Below are positions 1-8,626 of a stretch of DNA of 32,000 nucleotides, one piece after another. The stretch lies in the NCBI RefSeq assembly GCF_001306055.1, contig NZ_LGHJ01000011.1, forward strand, positions 90,001-122,000. Reading direction: 5' to 3'. Source of the stretch: Bellilinea caldifistulae (GTDB lineage Bacteria > Chloroflexota > Anaerolineae > Anaerolineales > Anaerolineaceae). The notes beneath the pieces are model-generated. The model saw nothing but the letters and a program-made list of their open reading frames with translations, was not told the origin of the DNA and made no database searches. The translations under genes and the position numbers were made by a program. Every line of letters begins with the position of its first letter. Positions within the stretch are counted from its first letter, which is position 1.

Positions 1-158
1 ATTAAGACATCAAAGCCGCACTCGTCCCGCAGGGACTGCACGGCTTCCAGAAGATGTTCCCGGCTGAGGATCAGGGTGGTTTCACCGGCGTAACAATGCA
101 AACCGGCGTTGAACCGTTCCTGAAAGTCCTGGACCACTTTTTCGAGATGTTCGCTCAT
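1..158 (-). CDS. nuoC: NADH-quinone oxidoreductase subunit C, N-terminal fragment (continues off the window)
   Basis: Manual minus-strand translation from the ATG at 158 gives MSEHLEKVVQDFQERFNAGLHCYAGETTLILSREHLLEAVQSLRDECGFDVL. The LRDExGFD signature and the position right after nuoA-nuoB fit NuoC. It is too short to appear in the ORF track. Confidence 0.7.
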   Translation of the reverse strand, partial: MSEHLEKVVQDFQERFNAGLHCYAGETTLILSREHLLEAVQSLRDECGFDVL

Positions 159-233
159 CCGTTACTCCATCCTGCTTGTTCCAAAAATCACATGATGTGG
201 AGAGGGGTCAACCTCTCCCTACGGGTAAACCAA

Positions 234-716
234 CTATGCCCAATCCTTCAATTTCTCACGTTTGACTTTCTCGTGCAGGGTCATCACGCCGTGAATCAGA
301 CCCTCCGGGCGCGGCGGGCAGCCAGCCACGTACACATCTACCGGTACCACCTCATCCACACCCTGCACAATGGCGTAGTTATTGAACACGCCACCGCAGG
401 AAGCGCAATCACCCATGGCAATCACCCATTTGGGATCGGGCATCTGATCGTATAACTGCCGCAATACGGGCGCCATCTTGCGCGAGACGCGTCCGGCGAC
501 AATCATCAAATCCGACTGGCGCGGACTGGCCCGCATCAATTCCATCCCAAAGCGGCTCATGTCGTAAGCCGGCGCCTGGGCGGCCATCATCTCAATGGCG
601 CAACACGCCAGGCCAAACAACATCGGCCACATCGAATTGGTGCGCGCCCAGTTGACTACCTGTTCAAGCGATGTGGTTACAACCCCTAAATTGCCGGTTT
701 TCTGCTCTAGTCCCAT
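234..716 (-). CDS. nuoB: NADH-quinone oxidoreductase subunit B (20 kDa, N2 Fe-S cluster subunit)
   Basis: ORF 234..737 carries the motifs [17 protein letters not shown] and GCPPRPE. I place the start at the internal ATG (MGLEQK) at 716 because AGGAG lies 7 nt upstream. That start gives a 10-nt overlap with nuoA. Confidence 0.93.
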   Translation of the reverse strand: MGLEQKTGNLGVVTTSLEQVVNWARTNSMWPMLFGLACCAIEMMAAQAPAYDMSRFGMELMRASPRQSDLMIVAGRVSRKMAPVLRQLYDQMPDPKWVIAMGDCASCGGVFNNYAIVQGVDEVVPVDVYVAGCPPRPEGLIHGVMTLHEKVKREKLKDWA

Positions 717-1063
717 TCTAATGCTCCTTTCTTCCACGCGTACAAATGCGCTACCTCTAAAACGACCAGAAACACCAGCATCCCGAGCAGCCCCAGTGTC
801 CCCAGTTTACGAAGCACCACCGCCCAGGATACTACAAACACAACCTCGATATCGAAGAGAATGAAAAGAACAGCAATCAGATAATACCGCACCGACATGC
901 GCCGCCGGCCGGGGCCGTAAGGTACCATGCCCGACTCATAAGGAGCCATCTTGCGTGGGGTGGGACGGCGCGGGCCGAACAACACGCCCAGCAAAACGAC
1001 AATGAAGCCAATCAAAACGGCGAGTGCAAGGATGACCAGCAGGGGAAGGTAATCTTCGAACAT
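707..1063 (-). CDS. nuoA: NADH-quinone oxidoreductase subunit A
   Basis: ORF 707..1120. From [17 protein letters not shown] the protein has three TM segments and the ...PYESG...F.lFDiE... NuoA signature ([21 protein letters not shown]). The start at 1063 is preceded by AAAGG. Confidence 0.9.
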   Translation of the reverse strand: MFEDYLPLLVILALAVLIGFIVVLLGVLFGPRRPTPRKMAPYESGMVPYGPGRRRMSVRYYLIAVLFILFDIEVVFVVSWAVVLRKLGTLGLLGMLVFLVVLEVAHLYAWKKGALEWD

Positions 1064-1100
1064 GATCGGCCTTTCAATTCGCACAAATATAGTCCAAGTA

Positions 1101-1127
1101 CCCGAATGTGAGTATATCACATTCGGG
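1101..1127. promoter_or_regulatory. Perfect 11-bp inverted repeat (cccgaatgtga-gtata-tcacattcggg), 38-64 nt upstream of the nuoA start. Candidate operator or 5'-UTR hairpin.
   Basis: Read directly from the sequence. The core is TGTGA-N5-TCACA. Confidence 0.35.
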
Positions 1128-1241
1128 AACGCTGGTGGTAAATTTCACAAGAAAAACGGCTAAACGAACAGAGGTGAAATACTCCCCTATTTTACTTTCT
1201 TTTTGAAATTATGCAACAAAGATGTCTATACTTTTATGGGA

Positions 1242-2501
1242 CTACTCCCCTTCAAGATGGTGGATCAAGTCCGCCACTGCCAGCGCCGTTTCAACAATCC
1301 TGTCCGGCTCGATGAGATCAGGCGTATCCCTTTCGGTATGAATCACATCCTGCATCAGGTCGGCCATTTTTTCAGAAGCAAACGCCAGCGCCGGCACTCC
1401 ATGGATCAAAAACAGACTGTGGTCACTCTGCACCCAGCTTTCGCCCTCCACCAGCCCGCCAAATTTTGCAAATCGCCCGCGAATCATGGCCTCCAATGGA
1501 TTTGGCAGTTGATACAGCGAAAATGCGGTGCGCCCTTCGCGAAAACCCACCAGATCAAAATTAATTCCCAGCCCAATTTCAGTAAATCGCCCCTGATTTT
1601 CCTTCAACCAGATTACTTCACCGGGGTTGGAGTAGTAATCTTCCCCGTTGAGCGCGGTCAATTCAACTGTCCAGTTGAGACGCTCCCCCCGCAGCATTTC
1701 TGCCAGCAACAGCAAGATGGTCACCCCGCTGGCGTTATCCAGCGCGCCGGGTGTGCCTATTTTCGCATCGAAATGGGCAAAACACACCACCCTGCGGCTG
1801 CTTTTGCCGGGCAACATCGCCCGGATATTATTCCCCTGTGACGGCATACGCCGGGCGCGAATTTCCAGCTCAACCATTTTACCGGCCTGTTCCGCCAATT
1901 TTTCTCCCTCCTGCTCCGTCATGTAAACCGAGGGAATATCGAAATCGCCGTCCTCAATCAGCGGAAACGGGTAAACACCGCCCGCAATCTGAGGATCACG
2001 GCCGGTTGCAGCGATGATCGCCAGCGGAGATTTTCGCTCCAACAGGCCAATCCAATGCTGATGCTGTTCATGTTGATAAAAGGGAAAGTTTTTGGGTGTC
2101 CATTGTTGGCGGGTCAATTCACCGTGCAGCAGGACAATCTTCCCCGTAAGGGATACGCTCTCCAATTCGTCCGGACTGCCCACGCAGATCAGCGGGGCAA
2201 TCCACTTCCCGCCCCGGCCGTAAGGGCTGGCTTTGGCTTCAAATGCCAGCCCGCCAGCACACAGACTACAACCCTCTTCCTCCCAGTCCACACATTCGAA
2301 ACGGGAGGATTGTACCTGCCAGCCGTTGGAGGAAAAAGCTCGCCGAATATACTCCGCCGCTTTTTGGTTGCCTTCACTACCCACACTCCGCCCCCCTGTT
2401 TCCACACACAGGAAGTGCAAATATTCCCTGACCCGTTCTTCCCAATTTTTACTGTTCACAATATCACCTTTCCGGATGGTCAAAATACGTGCCCCGTTCA
2501 A
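1242..2501 (-). CDS. M28-family Zn aminopeptidase-like protein (no signal peptide seen)
   Basis: 419-aa ORF. The FAHFDAKIGTPGALDNASGVTILLLLAE and LNGEDYY segments match the M28 metal-ligand regions (H.D...G..DN.SG; E-E/D). Confidence 0.8.
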   Translation of the reverse strand: MNGARILTIRKGDIVNSKNWEERVREYLHFLCVETGGRSVGSEGNQKAAEYIRRAFSSNGWQVQSSRFECVDWEEEGCSLCAGGLAFEAKASPYGRGGKWIAPLICVGSPDELESVSLTGKIVLLHGELTRQQWTPKNFPFYQHEQHQHWIGLLERKSPLAIIAATGRDPQIAGGVYPFPLIEDGDFDIPSVYMTEQEGEKLAEQAGKMVELEIRARRMPSQGNNIRAMLPGKSSRRVVCFAHFDAKIGTPGALDNASGVTILLLLAEMLRGERLNWTVELTALNGEDYYSNPGEVIWLKENQGRFTEIGLGINFDLVGFREGRTAFSLYQLPNPLEAMIRGRFAKFGGLVEGESWVQSDHSLFLIHGVPALAFASEKMADLMQDVIHTERDTPDLIEPDRIVETALAVADLIHHLEGE

Positions 2502-2598
2502 AATTGTAAACCAGAAGAATCGGATATACTTCCTACCAGAGGAGGATTAAGCCCCCCCCAAGCGAGGTAATCTGGATTCAAGCAAGGATGGAGCAGTC

Positions 2599-3651
2599 AT
2601 GAAAGTGCCCCGCCGGCACTCGAACCAATCCCTTTTTCGTCGCTGGCTGGCTTCATGGCGCGATACGGTCGTGCTTTTGCGCCAATTTCGTACACCGCTG
2701 TTGATTTTTGTGGCGGCGCTGCTGGGCGCTGGAGCGCTGTATCAACAACTTTCGGCACGCTTCGCCGAACCGGTGGATGGCTACATCGCTGCCGTGTACC
2801 TGATGCTTACCATTGCCTTTTTGCAGCCGAGCGCTGAGTTTCCGCATCATCCTGCTTTACAGATGTTTTACTTCGTCATGCCGGTCATTGGTGTACTCAC
2901 GCTCGCTCAGGGGCTGGCCGATTTTGGCATCATGCTCTTCAATCGCCGGGCACGCAGCAAGGAGTGGGAAATGGCAATCGCTTCGACTTTTTCCAATCAT
3001 ATCATTCTAATCGGTTTGGGACACCTGGGTTACCGCGTTGTTGAAAAACTGCATCTACTGGGTGAAGCCGTCGTAGTTATTGAACTCGACCCATCCGCCG
3101 ATCTGGTCAATACCACTCAAAAAATGGGCATCCCGGTCATTCAAGAGGATGCCACCCGTCCAACCGCCCTGGAAGCCGCCGGTGTGGCCCGTGCGCGCGC
3201 CATTGTACTGTGTACTCAAAATGACGCCATGAACCTCAAAATCGCCGTCAAAGCCCGCAGCATGAACCCCGGCATCAAAGTCATCGTGCGTATTTTTGAT
3301 GATGACTTTGCTCAATCGCTTCAGGAACAGTTTGGCTTTGTGGCGATGAGCGCCACCGCCATGGCCGCCCCGGCTTTTGCCGCGGCTGCCGCCGGTGCCG
3401 ACATCACCAATCCGATCACTGTGGAAGGACAGTCACTCAGCCTTGCCCGCCTGCAGGTCGGCCCAAACTCCGGACTGATCGGCCAGTCCGTTGGCGAAGT
3501 GGAAAAAAGGTACGACATCAGCATCGTGCTGATCAAGGACGATCAAATCCAGGACATGCATCCCCCCGCCGAACGGCGGATTGAACTGAATCAAACACTG
3601 GTTGTGCTGGGGGGATCATCTCAATTGAATCAGCTGATTCGAGATAACTAA
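2599..3651 (+). CDS. Two-TM pore-like membrane domain fused to RCK (TrkA-N + TrkA-C) domains. Channel-like protein lacking a TVGYG filter.
   Basis: 350-aa ORF with AAGGATGGAG upstream of the ATG. It has an N-terminal pair of TM helices and a Rossmann loop ILIGLGHLGYRVVEKL...VVVIELD. The C-terminal TrkA-C-like region reads GQSVGEVEKRYDISIVLI. Confidence 0.8.
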   Translation: MKVPRRHSNQSLFRRWLASWRDTVVLLRQFRTPLLIFVAALLGAGALYQQLSARFAEPVDGYIAAVYLMLTIAFLQPSAEFPHHPALQMFYFVMPVIGVLTLAQGLADFGIMLFNRRARSKEWEMAIASTFSNHIILIGLGHLGYRVVEKLHLLGEAVVVIELDPSADLVNTTQKMGIPVIQEDATRPTALEAAGVARARAIVLCTQNDAMNLKIAVKARSMNPGIKVIVRIFDDDFAQSLQEQFGFVAMSATAMAAPAFAAAAAGADITNPITVEGQSLSLARLQVGPNSGLIGQSVGEVEKRYDISIVLIKDDQIQDMHPPAERRIELNQTLVVLGGSSQLNQLIRDN

Positions 3652-5537
3652 CGTTCAAGCTGGAAAAGAAGTACCCCATCCCGCCGGTAAATCAACACCA
3701 CCTCCGGGCAGTTCAACAATCCCGCCGGCTGAAGGCTACCCCGGCCCTCACGCAGGTACACAAAGGATAGATTGCCCTCGTCTATCAGCGACCAGAACGC
3801 CTCATCGCAGGTAGTCAGATGGCTGGCACGTTCAGCCCACTGGTTGATTTGGCGGACTTGCTCCGGATCGCCAAGCGTGTAGAGCACCGGCGGGAGTAAG
3901 GTTTGCCGGCCTGTGATCAATGGCAGCCAGTAGCCGCCGTCCACACCCCGGTAAACCCCCGCCATCCATGGGGTGGTATTGATCAGAAAACGGGCATTCG
4001 GCGGCGTGTTCTGGCGGATCCATTCGAAAGCCCGCATATCCGCTTTGGACACAAAGATGGTTTCCGGGTTAAGCACCGAGCGGCTCTGCCAGCCGCCCCA
4101 CCCGATTGCCGCTAAGGCAGCCAGTCCGAGCAGCGCCTGACCGGCCAGCCGCAGACTGCGCCAGCGAAGACGCCCGGCCAGTTCACCCAACCCGACCACC
4201 CCATTTGCCAGCAGCAGGGCAGCCGGTAAGAACAAAACAATCGCCATGTGATCCGGCCGGATCGGGTTGAGACGCACGCCCCACGGCAGCATCAGCAGAG
4301 CGATCACCAGCCCCCAAAAAGCCAGATGGCGCGCGCCCCTCCGCAGCAGCCCCCATAACAAACCCGCCCCGGCGACCATGAACAACCCATGGCTGTAAGC
4401 CGGCCCCAGCAAATAAAGGATGTAATTCCAGTAATCGGCTTGCCCATCATCCAGGGGTAAAACCAGCGAAACCTGCGCGCTTGCCCCAAATTCCTGCCAG
4501 ATGCGCCACAACCACGGCGCAGCCAGCAACACACCCGCCGCGGCACTCAGCCCGGCCGTCACCCCTCCGCGCAGGTCAACTGCATCCCCGTTCGTCGTCC
4601 TCCCCCGCCACCGGCGGAGGATTCCTTCCAGCACCACCAGCGCTGTCCAGAAAGCCAGCAGAAGCAGAGCGGTCAGGTGAGTCAGAGCCACCCCGGCGGT
4701 GAGCAGCAAGGCATGTATCCGTTCGACATTCCGCGAAGATGGACGAGCCGCCCGTTCCACCGCCAGCATCGCCAGCGGTAGCAGCACCAGCCCGGCAGAA
4801 AGAGTATAGCGCCCCCAGGTAACGTAGTAGGCCGGCATCTGGAAGGCAAACGCCACCAGCAGCCCCGCCAGCCCAGCTCGCTTCCAATCCCCCCACCAAC
4901 CTTTTGCCAGCCGATAGACCGAAAGCGCAATCAACCCGTTCAACGTTTGACCGAACACCAGCACCCCCGTGGGTACATCCCAGCCGCTCAGCCAGACAAA
5001 CAGGGCGGTGCTGAGGTGAAAACCGTAATGATAAGCCAGCGGCGCATTGACCTGCGGCGCAAGGGTGGCCGGCAGGCCGCCGTTTTCCAGAATTTTCTGC
5101 ACAATCAGGGTATGATGCAGCGAGTCGACCCAGGCCGGCAGGTACAATTCCCGCGCCTGAAACCAGCGCCAGTAAAGCGCCCCTGCCACACCGGCCAAAC
5201 CGGCAGCCAGCCCCAGCCAATGCCGCCAGCCGTATGGCTGACTTTTGGGAGGCAGGCGCAGCAACCCGCCAACGGTGAGCGAGAGCAGACTGATTGCCAG
5301 CAGTCCAAAAAGGAGGGCCGTCGTGAACCGAAAATGCACCAAAAAACCTGCCAGGCCCATCAGCGCAGTGAGTGACAGCGATAATCCCACCGCCTCAGCC
5401 AGCCATTCGAGCCAGTCCATCGGACGGCGCGCCAGCCAGACCAGCAGCCCGGCCCCGGGCAGCAGCAACACCAGCCCGACGCTCAACGCCGACCAGCCCA
5501 ACTGTTCAGCAGAAACAAACCACCAATCCGCCGGCAT
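3648..5537 (-). CDS. Large polytopic membrane protein (about 13+ TM) with a C-terminal soluble domain. Possibly a GT-C-fold glycosyltransferase; function uncertain.
   Basis: 629-aa ORF. Hydrophobic helices run through about the first 480 aa, followed by a soluble tail (ADMRAFEWIRQNTPPNARFLINTTPWMAGVYRGVDGGYWLPLITGR). The functional call comes from overall architecture only. Confidence 0.75.
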   Translation of the reverse strand: MPADWWFVSAEQLGWSALSVGLVLLLPGAGLLVWLARRPMDWLEWLAEAVGLSLSLTALMGLAGFLVHFRFTTALLFGLLAISLLSLTVGGLLRLPPKSQPYGWRHWLGLAAGLAGVAGALYWRWFQARELYLPAWVDSLHHTLIVQKILENGGLPATLAPQVNAPLAYHYGFHLSTALFVWLSGWDVPTGVLVFGQTLNGLIALSVYRLAKGWWGDWKRAGLAGLLVAFAFQMPAYYVTWGRYTLSAGLVLLPLAMLAVERAARPSSRNVERIHALLLTAGVALTHLTALLLLAFWTALVVLEGILRRWRGRTTNGDAVDLRGGVTAGLSAAAGVLLAAPWLWRIWQEFGASAQVSLVLPLDDGQADYWNYILYLLGPAYSHGLFMVAGAGLLWGLLRRGARHLAFWGLVIALLMLPWGVRLNPIRPDHMAIVLFLPAALLLANGVVGLGELAGRLRWRSLRLAGQALLGLAALAAIGWGGWQSRSVLNPETIFVSKADMRAFEWIRQNTPPNARFLINTTPWMAGVYRGVDGGYWLPLITGRQTLLPPVLYTLGDPEQVRQINQWAERASHLTTCDEAFWSLIDEGNLSFVYLREGRGSLQPAGLLNCPEVVLIYRRDGVLLFQLER

Positions 5538-5599
5538 ACCTTATCTCTACCTTTTGCACTCCATATAAGTTTATTCTACTTTTTCGCCGAGCAGGCACT

Positions 5600-5920
5600 T
5601 CAGCCCAGCAGAAACTGGAAAAGATAGAGCAACAGCATCCCCCCGGCAATGGTCACAAACACATTCCGGCTGCGCCAGGCGATCAAAATGGCCGCCACTC
5701 CCGCCAGCAGACGCGGATTGAACGGCGAGAGGAAAACCTGTCCATCGGCCACCAGCAGTTCAGGCAAAATGATGGCGCTGAGCACCGCCGGAGGCACAAA
5801 GCGCAAAGCTCGCACAAACCACACCGGAGCCTGCCAGCGTCCGTGAAGGGCGATAAAGGAAAGCCGGATCATATAGGTCAACCCCCCAGCCATGAAAATA
5901 ATCAACCAGAACTCGGTCAT
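5600..5920 (-). CDS. azlD: AzlD-family branched-chain amino acid transport protein
   Basis: 106-aa hydrophobic ORF starting MTEFWLIIFMAGGLTYMIRLSF. It has a 4-nt ATGA overlap with the upstream azlC-like gene. Confidence 0.8.
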   Translation of the reverse strand: MTEFWLIIFMAGGLTYMIRLSFIALHGRWQAPVWFVRALRFVPPAVLSAIILPELLVADGQVFLSPFNPRLLAGVAAILIAWRSRNVFVTIAGGMLLLYLFQFLLG

Positions 5921-6663
5921 TGCCGATCACTCCACAAACCGGCGGCAATCCCAGCCAGCGCCGCCAGAATCAAGCCGAGTTTGTAGGGGAGCGCATGTGC
6001 CGCGACAGCCGTCACCCCGGCTGTCACTGCTGAAACCAATAACGGCCGCTCCCGCAGAGCGGGCACAACAATCGCAATAAAGGTCAGGGCCAGGGTAAAA
6101 TCCAGCGACCACCCCGCCGGAATTTGCGCCCCCAGAAAAATACCCAGCGCTGTACTGGCCTGCCAGCATATCCAAACCGCCAGTCCGGAACCCAGTAAAA
6201 ACCAGTGCGGATGACCCGCCAGGCCGTTCTTTTCATAGTGATGGATGCCGACGGCGTAGGCTTCATCTACCAGCACATACGCCAGCACCGCCTTCCAGGA
6301 TGCCGGCAGGTGTTTGAGGTAGGGTGCCAGCGAGGCGCTGTACAGGGCATGGCGCAGGTTGACCACCACGGCGGTCAAAACCACCACCGGCCATGGCGAA
6401 CCGCCGGCGACGAGGTTTACAATCATAAATTGAGAAGAGCCGGCAAACACAATAGCCGACATGGCCTGAGCCGCCCCTGCCGGGAAACCGGCTTTGATCG
6501 CCAGCACGCCGTAAATCATACCAAACGGCGCAATGCCGATGAGCAAAGGGAGCGTGTACTGGATTCCTTTGAGCAGCTGTGTTCTTTTCAAAGCCCGGCA
6601 ATCTTCAATTTGCAACTTTATGGCGGGTACAGCCAGGTAACCCAGAACCGGCCAGGCACTCAT
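5917..6663 (-). CDS. azlC: AzlC-family branched-chain amino acid permease subunit
   Basis: 248-aa multi-TM ORF containing FAGSSQFMIVNL, which is typical of AzlC. It is coupled to azlD. Confidence 0.85.
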   Translation of the reverse strand: MSAWPVLGYLAVPAIKLQIEDCRALKRTQLLKGIQYTLPLLIGIAPFGMIYGVLAIKAGFPAGAAQAMSAIVFAGSSQFMIVNLVAGGSPWPVVVLTAVVVNLRHALYSASLAPYLKHLPASWKAVLAYVLVDEAYAVGIHHYEKNGLAGHPHWFLLGSGLAVWICWQASTALGIFLGAQIPAGWSLDFTLALTFIAIVVPALRERPLLVSAVTAGVTAVAAHALPYKLGLILAALAGIAAGLWSDRQ

Positions 6664-6792
6664 TCAACCGGCAAATTTTCTTATACCGGCTTCATAACCG
6701 ATTGGTTTACGGCTTAACCTGTCCCAATAGATTGAATACCAATTTTTACCGCAATGGGCGGAAAAATGCAATTCTTCTCAAAAACTTGTTTG

Positions 6793-7476
6793 TCACGGGT
6801 ACGCCGGGCGGGTGGGCGTGACCGGCGGGGGCGGGTAACCCGGCTGGGTGCGGGTAGCGGTGGGCGGCAGGGGGGTGGCAGTCGGTGGAGGCGTTTCCGT
6901 CGGCGGCAATGGTGTGGCGGTGGGCGGCTGAGTGGCGGTTGGCGGCACAGCGGTGGGCGTATGCTGGCGTGGCGGCAAAGTTGGAAGCGACGTTGGCGTG
7001 GCAGGCCGACGAGTGGGCTGGGTAACCGGCTGGGTCGGCAGTTGCGCCTCGGTTGGAGTGGGGGTCGTCCCTTCGGTTGGGGTTGGCTGGATTGGAGTGG
7101 ATGTGGGAAGTTGCGCCGTCGGGCTCGGCGAGGGGCGGGGCGGCGGCGGGGTCACACCGGGCGGCAGGGTGGCCGTCGGTACCGGCGATTGCAGATCTCG
7201 GTAAATTGACTCGGCATCCTTACTGCCGGGTACGGCATCCCGCAGGGCATCGCCAATAATCGCCGTCGCCACCACCGGCAGCGGCCGGTCAATCTGGTCG
7301 GCGCTGTAATCAGCCGAGCGGATCGAGTGGAGCGCGACCGGGAACAAAACCGCCCCCTGCACGGTAACCCGCGCCGGACTGAGCAGCATCAGCGCCAGCA
7401 CAAAGACCGCAACCAGACAAACCAGCACGGTCAGCAGGCGGGAAAAGGCATACGGTTGCAGGCGGCGTTTGCCCAA
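6793..7476 (-). CDS. Membrane-anchored protein with a long Pro/Thr-rich extracytoplasmic tail (hypothetical)
   Basis: ORF 6793..7485. It has an N-terminal basic stretch plus a TM helix (LLTVLVCLVAVFVLALMLL), then about 130 aa of P/T-rich sequence (PPTATPLPPTETPPPTATPLPPTAT). I prefer the TTG start at 7476, which lies 8 nt after GGAGG, over the GTG at 7485, which abuts the SD. Confidence 0.55.
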   Translation of the reverse strand: MGKRRLQPYAFSRLLTVLVCLVAVFVLALMLLSPARVTVQGAVLFPVALHSIRSADYSADQIDRPLPVVATAIIGDALRDAVPGSKDAESIYRDLQSPVPTATLPPGVTPPPPRPSPSPTAQLPTSTPIQPTPTEGTTPTPTEAQLPTQPVTQPTRRPATPTSLPTLPPRQHTPTAVPPTATQPPTATPLPPTETPPPTATPLPPTATRTQPGYPPPPVTPTRPAYP

Positions 7477-7555
7477 AAAGATCACCTCCCGGTTTGTTTT
7501 TAGTATAATACGCGCCGCCCTTCGCGGCTTTACAACCGCTTTTCAATTTCCACTC

Positions 7556-7590
7556 AAAAAAACAGCCCCTTCTTCCTCGAAGAAGGGGCT
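7556..7590 (-). terminator. Rho-independent terminator of the ABC importer operon
   Basis: Minus strand: an 11-12 bp stem agccccttcttc/gaagaaggggct (7564-7575 / 7579-7590) is followed by G + 7 T (plus-strand A-run 7556-7562). It lies 27 nt after the permease stop at 7617. Confidence 0.65.
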
Positions 7591-7616
7591 TACTCGTTGT
7601 CATTTTCGTGGAAGGT

Positions 7617-8615
7617 CTATTGCGTCCCTTGCAGGCGCGGGTCAAGCGCATCCCGCAGGCCATCCCCCAAAAAAGTGAAAGCCAGCACCATCAACGAAAC
7701 GCAAATCGCCGGCGGCAGAATCAACCACGGCTGCGCATTGATCGCCGCCTGTCCGTCCAGCATCAAAGCGCCCCACGAGGTGATGAAGATGTCATTCGGA
7801 TTGGTCGAAGGCGTCAGGCCCAGTCCAAGGTAGCCCAGAATGGCCTCGGTAATGATCATTCCGGGAATGGTCAGCGCCGAAAGGATGATGATCGGCCCAA
7901 GGCTGTTGGGCAGCAGGTGGCGGAACATGATCCGCGCATCCGAAGCGCCGATGCAGCGGGCGGCTTCGATGAATTCCTTTTCTTTCAGCGAGAGTACCTG
8001 TCCGCGCACCACCCGCGCAAAACCGACCCAGTTGACAATCGCCAGCGCCATAAACAGCAGGAACAGGCCGTTCAGCAACTTGCCAATGAATGTCTCCCGC
8101 AAAGTGACCATGACGATGATGAAGAACAGCAAATCCGGGAAGGCGTAGATGACATCCGTAAACCGCATCAGGATGTTGTCGAACTGACCGCCCTTGTAGC
8201 CGGCCAGCAGACCGACAACGGAACCCACCAGCACAATCACAATCGTCGGCAGAAATCCCACCACAATCGAAACCCGCGCGCCGTAGATGGTGCGGCTGAG
8301 TACATCCCGTCCAAGGTTATCGGTGCCGAAAAAGAACGCCGGGTCGGAGGGTCTGCCGTTTGGTCCAACTTCCATCCAGGCTGGGGGCAAAAAACTCTTG
8401 CCGGCATTGGTCTGCAGGGGATTGTGCGGGGCGAGTTGGTTTGCGAAGATGGCCACAAACAAGAAGAAGATGATCACGATCATGCCGGCCACCGCCGCTT
8501 TGTTGCGAATGAGGCGGTACCAGGCATCCACCCACAGACTACGCGGTTTGACGGTCATCATGGTCAGGTCGGCAATCTGGGAAGGCGTTGGGTTTACAGA
8601 AGGTTTGGTTGCCAT
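7617..8615 (-). CDS. Peptide/nickel ABC transporter permease (OppC/DppC type)
   Basis: 332-aa ORF with 6 TM segments. The EAA-loop region IEAARCIGASDARIMFRHLLPN is typical of DppC/OppC. Confidence 0.9.
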   Translation of the reverse strand: MATKPSVNPTPSQIADLTMMTVKPRSLWVDAWYRLIRNKAAVAGMIVIIFFLFVAIFANQLAPHNPLQTNAGKSFLPPAWMEVGPNGRPSDPAFFFGTDNLGRDVLSRTIYGARVSIVVGFLPTIVIVLVGSVVGLLAGYKGGQFDNILMRFTDVIYAFPDLLFFIIVMVTLRETFIGKLLNGLFLLFMALAIVNWVGFARVVRGQVLSLKEKEFIEAARCIGASDARIMFRHLLPNSLGPIIILSALTIPGMIITEAILGYLGLGLTPSTNPNDIFITSWGALMLDGQAAINAQPWLILPPAICVSLMVLAFTFLGDGLRDALDPRLQGTQ

Positions 8616-8626
8616 GGCCTACCTCC

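Noticed and set aside
54-455. 133-aa plus-strand ORF at the left edge
   Set aside because: It is antisense to nuoB and to the nuoC start, both of which are strongly supported by motifs.
3648-3651. Convergent genes overlapping by 4 nt at their stop codons (channel-like gene and large membrane protein), and the 13-nt gap at 27130..27142 between two other convergent genes
   Set aside because: No terminator can fit, which is mildly unusual. However, stop-to-stop overlaps are common in compact genomes, and I see no extra signal there beyond a weak aaccggtt palindrome at about 27133-27142.
6754-7209. 151-aa Gly/Arg-rich plus-strand ORF and apparent tandem repetition in the DNA at 6800-7200. Considered as a CRISPR or tandem-repeat array or as a collagen-like gene.
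   Set aside because: The DNA units are not exact repeats and have no spacer/repeat periodicity. The periodicity comes from Pro/Thr codons on the minus strand, whose ORF has a proper RBS, TM anchor and N-terminal region. I kept the minus-strand CDS at moderate confidence only.
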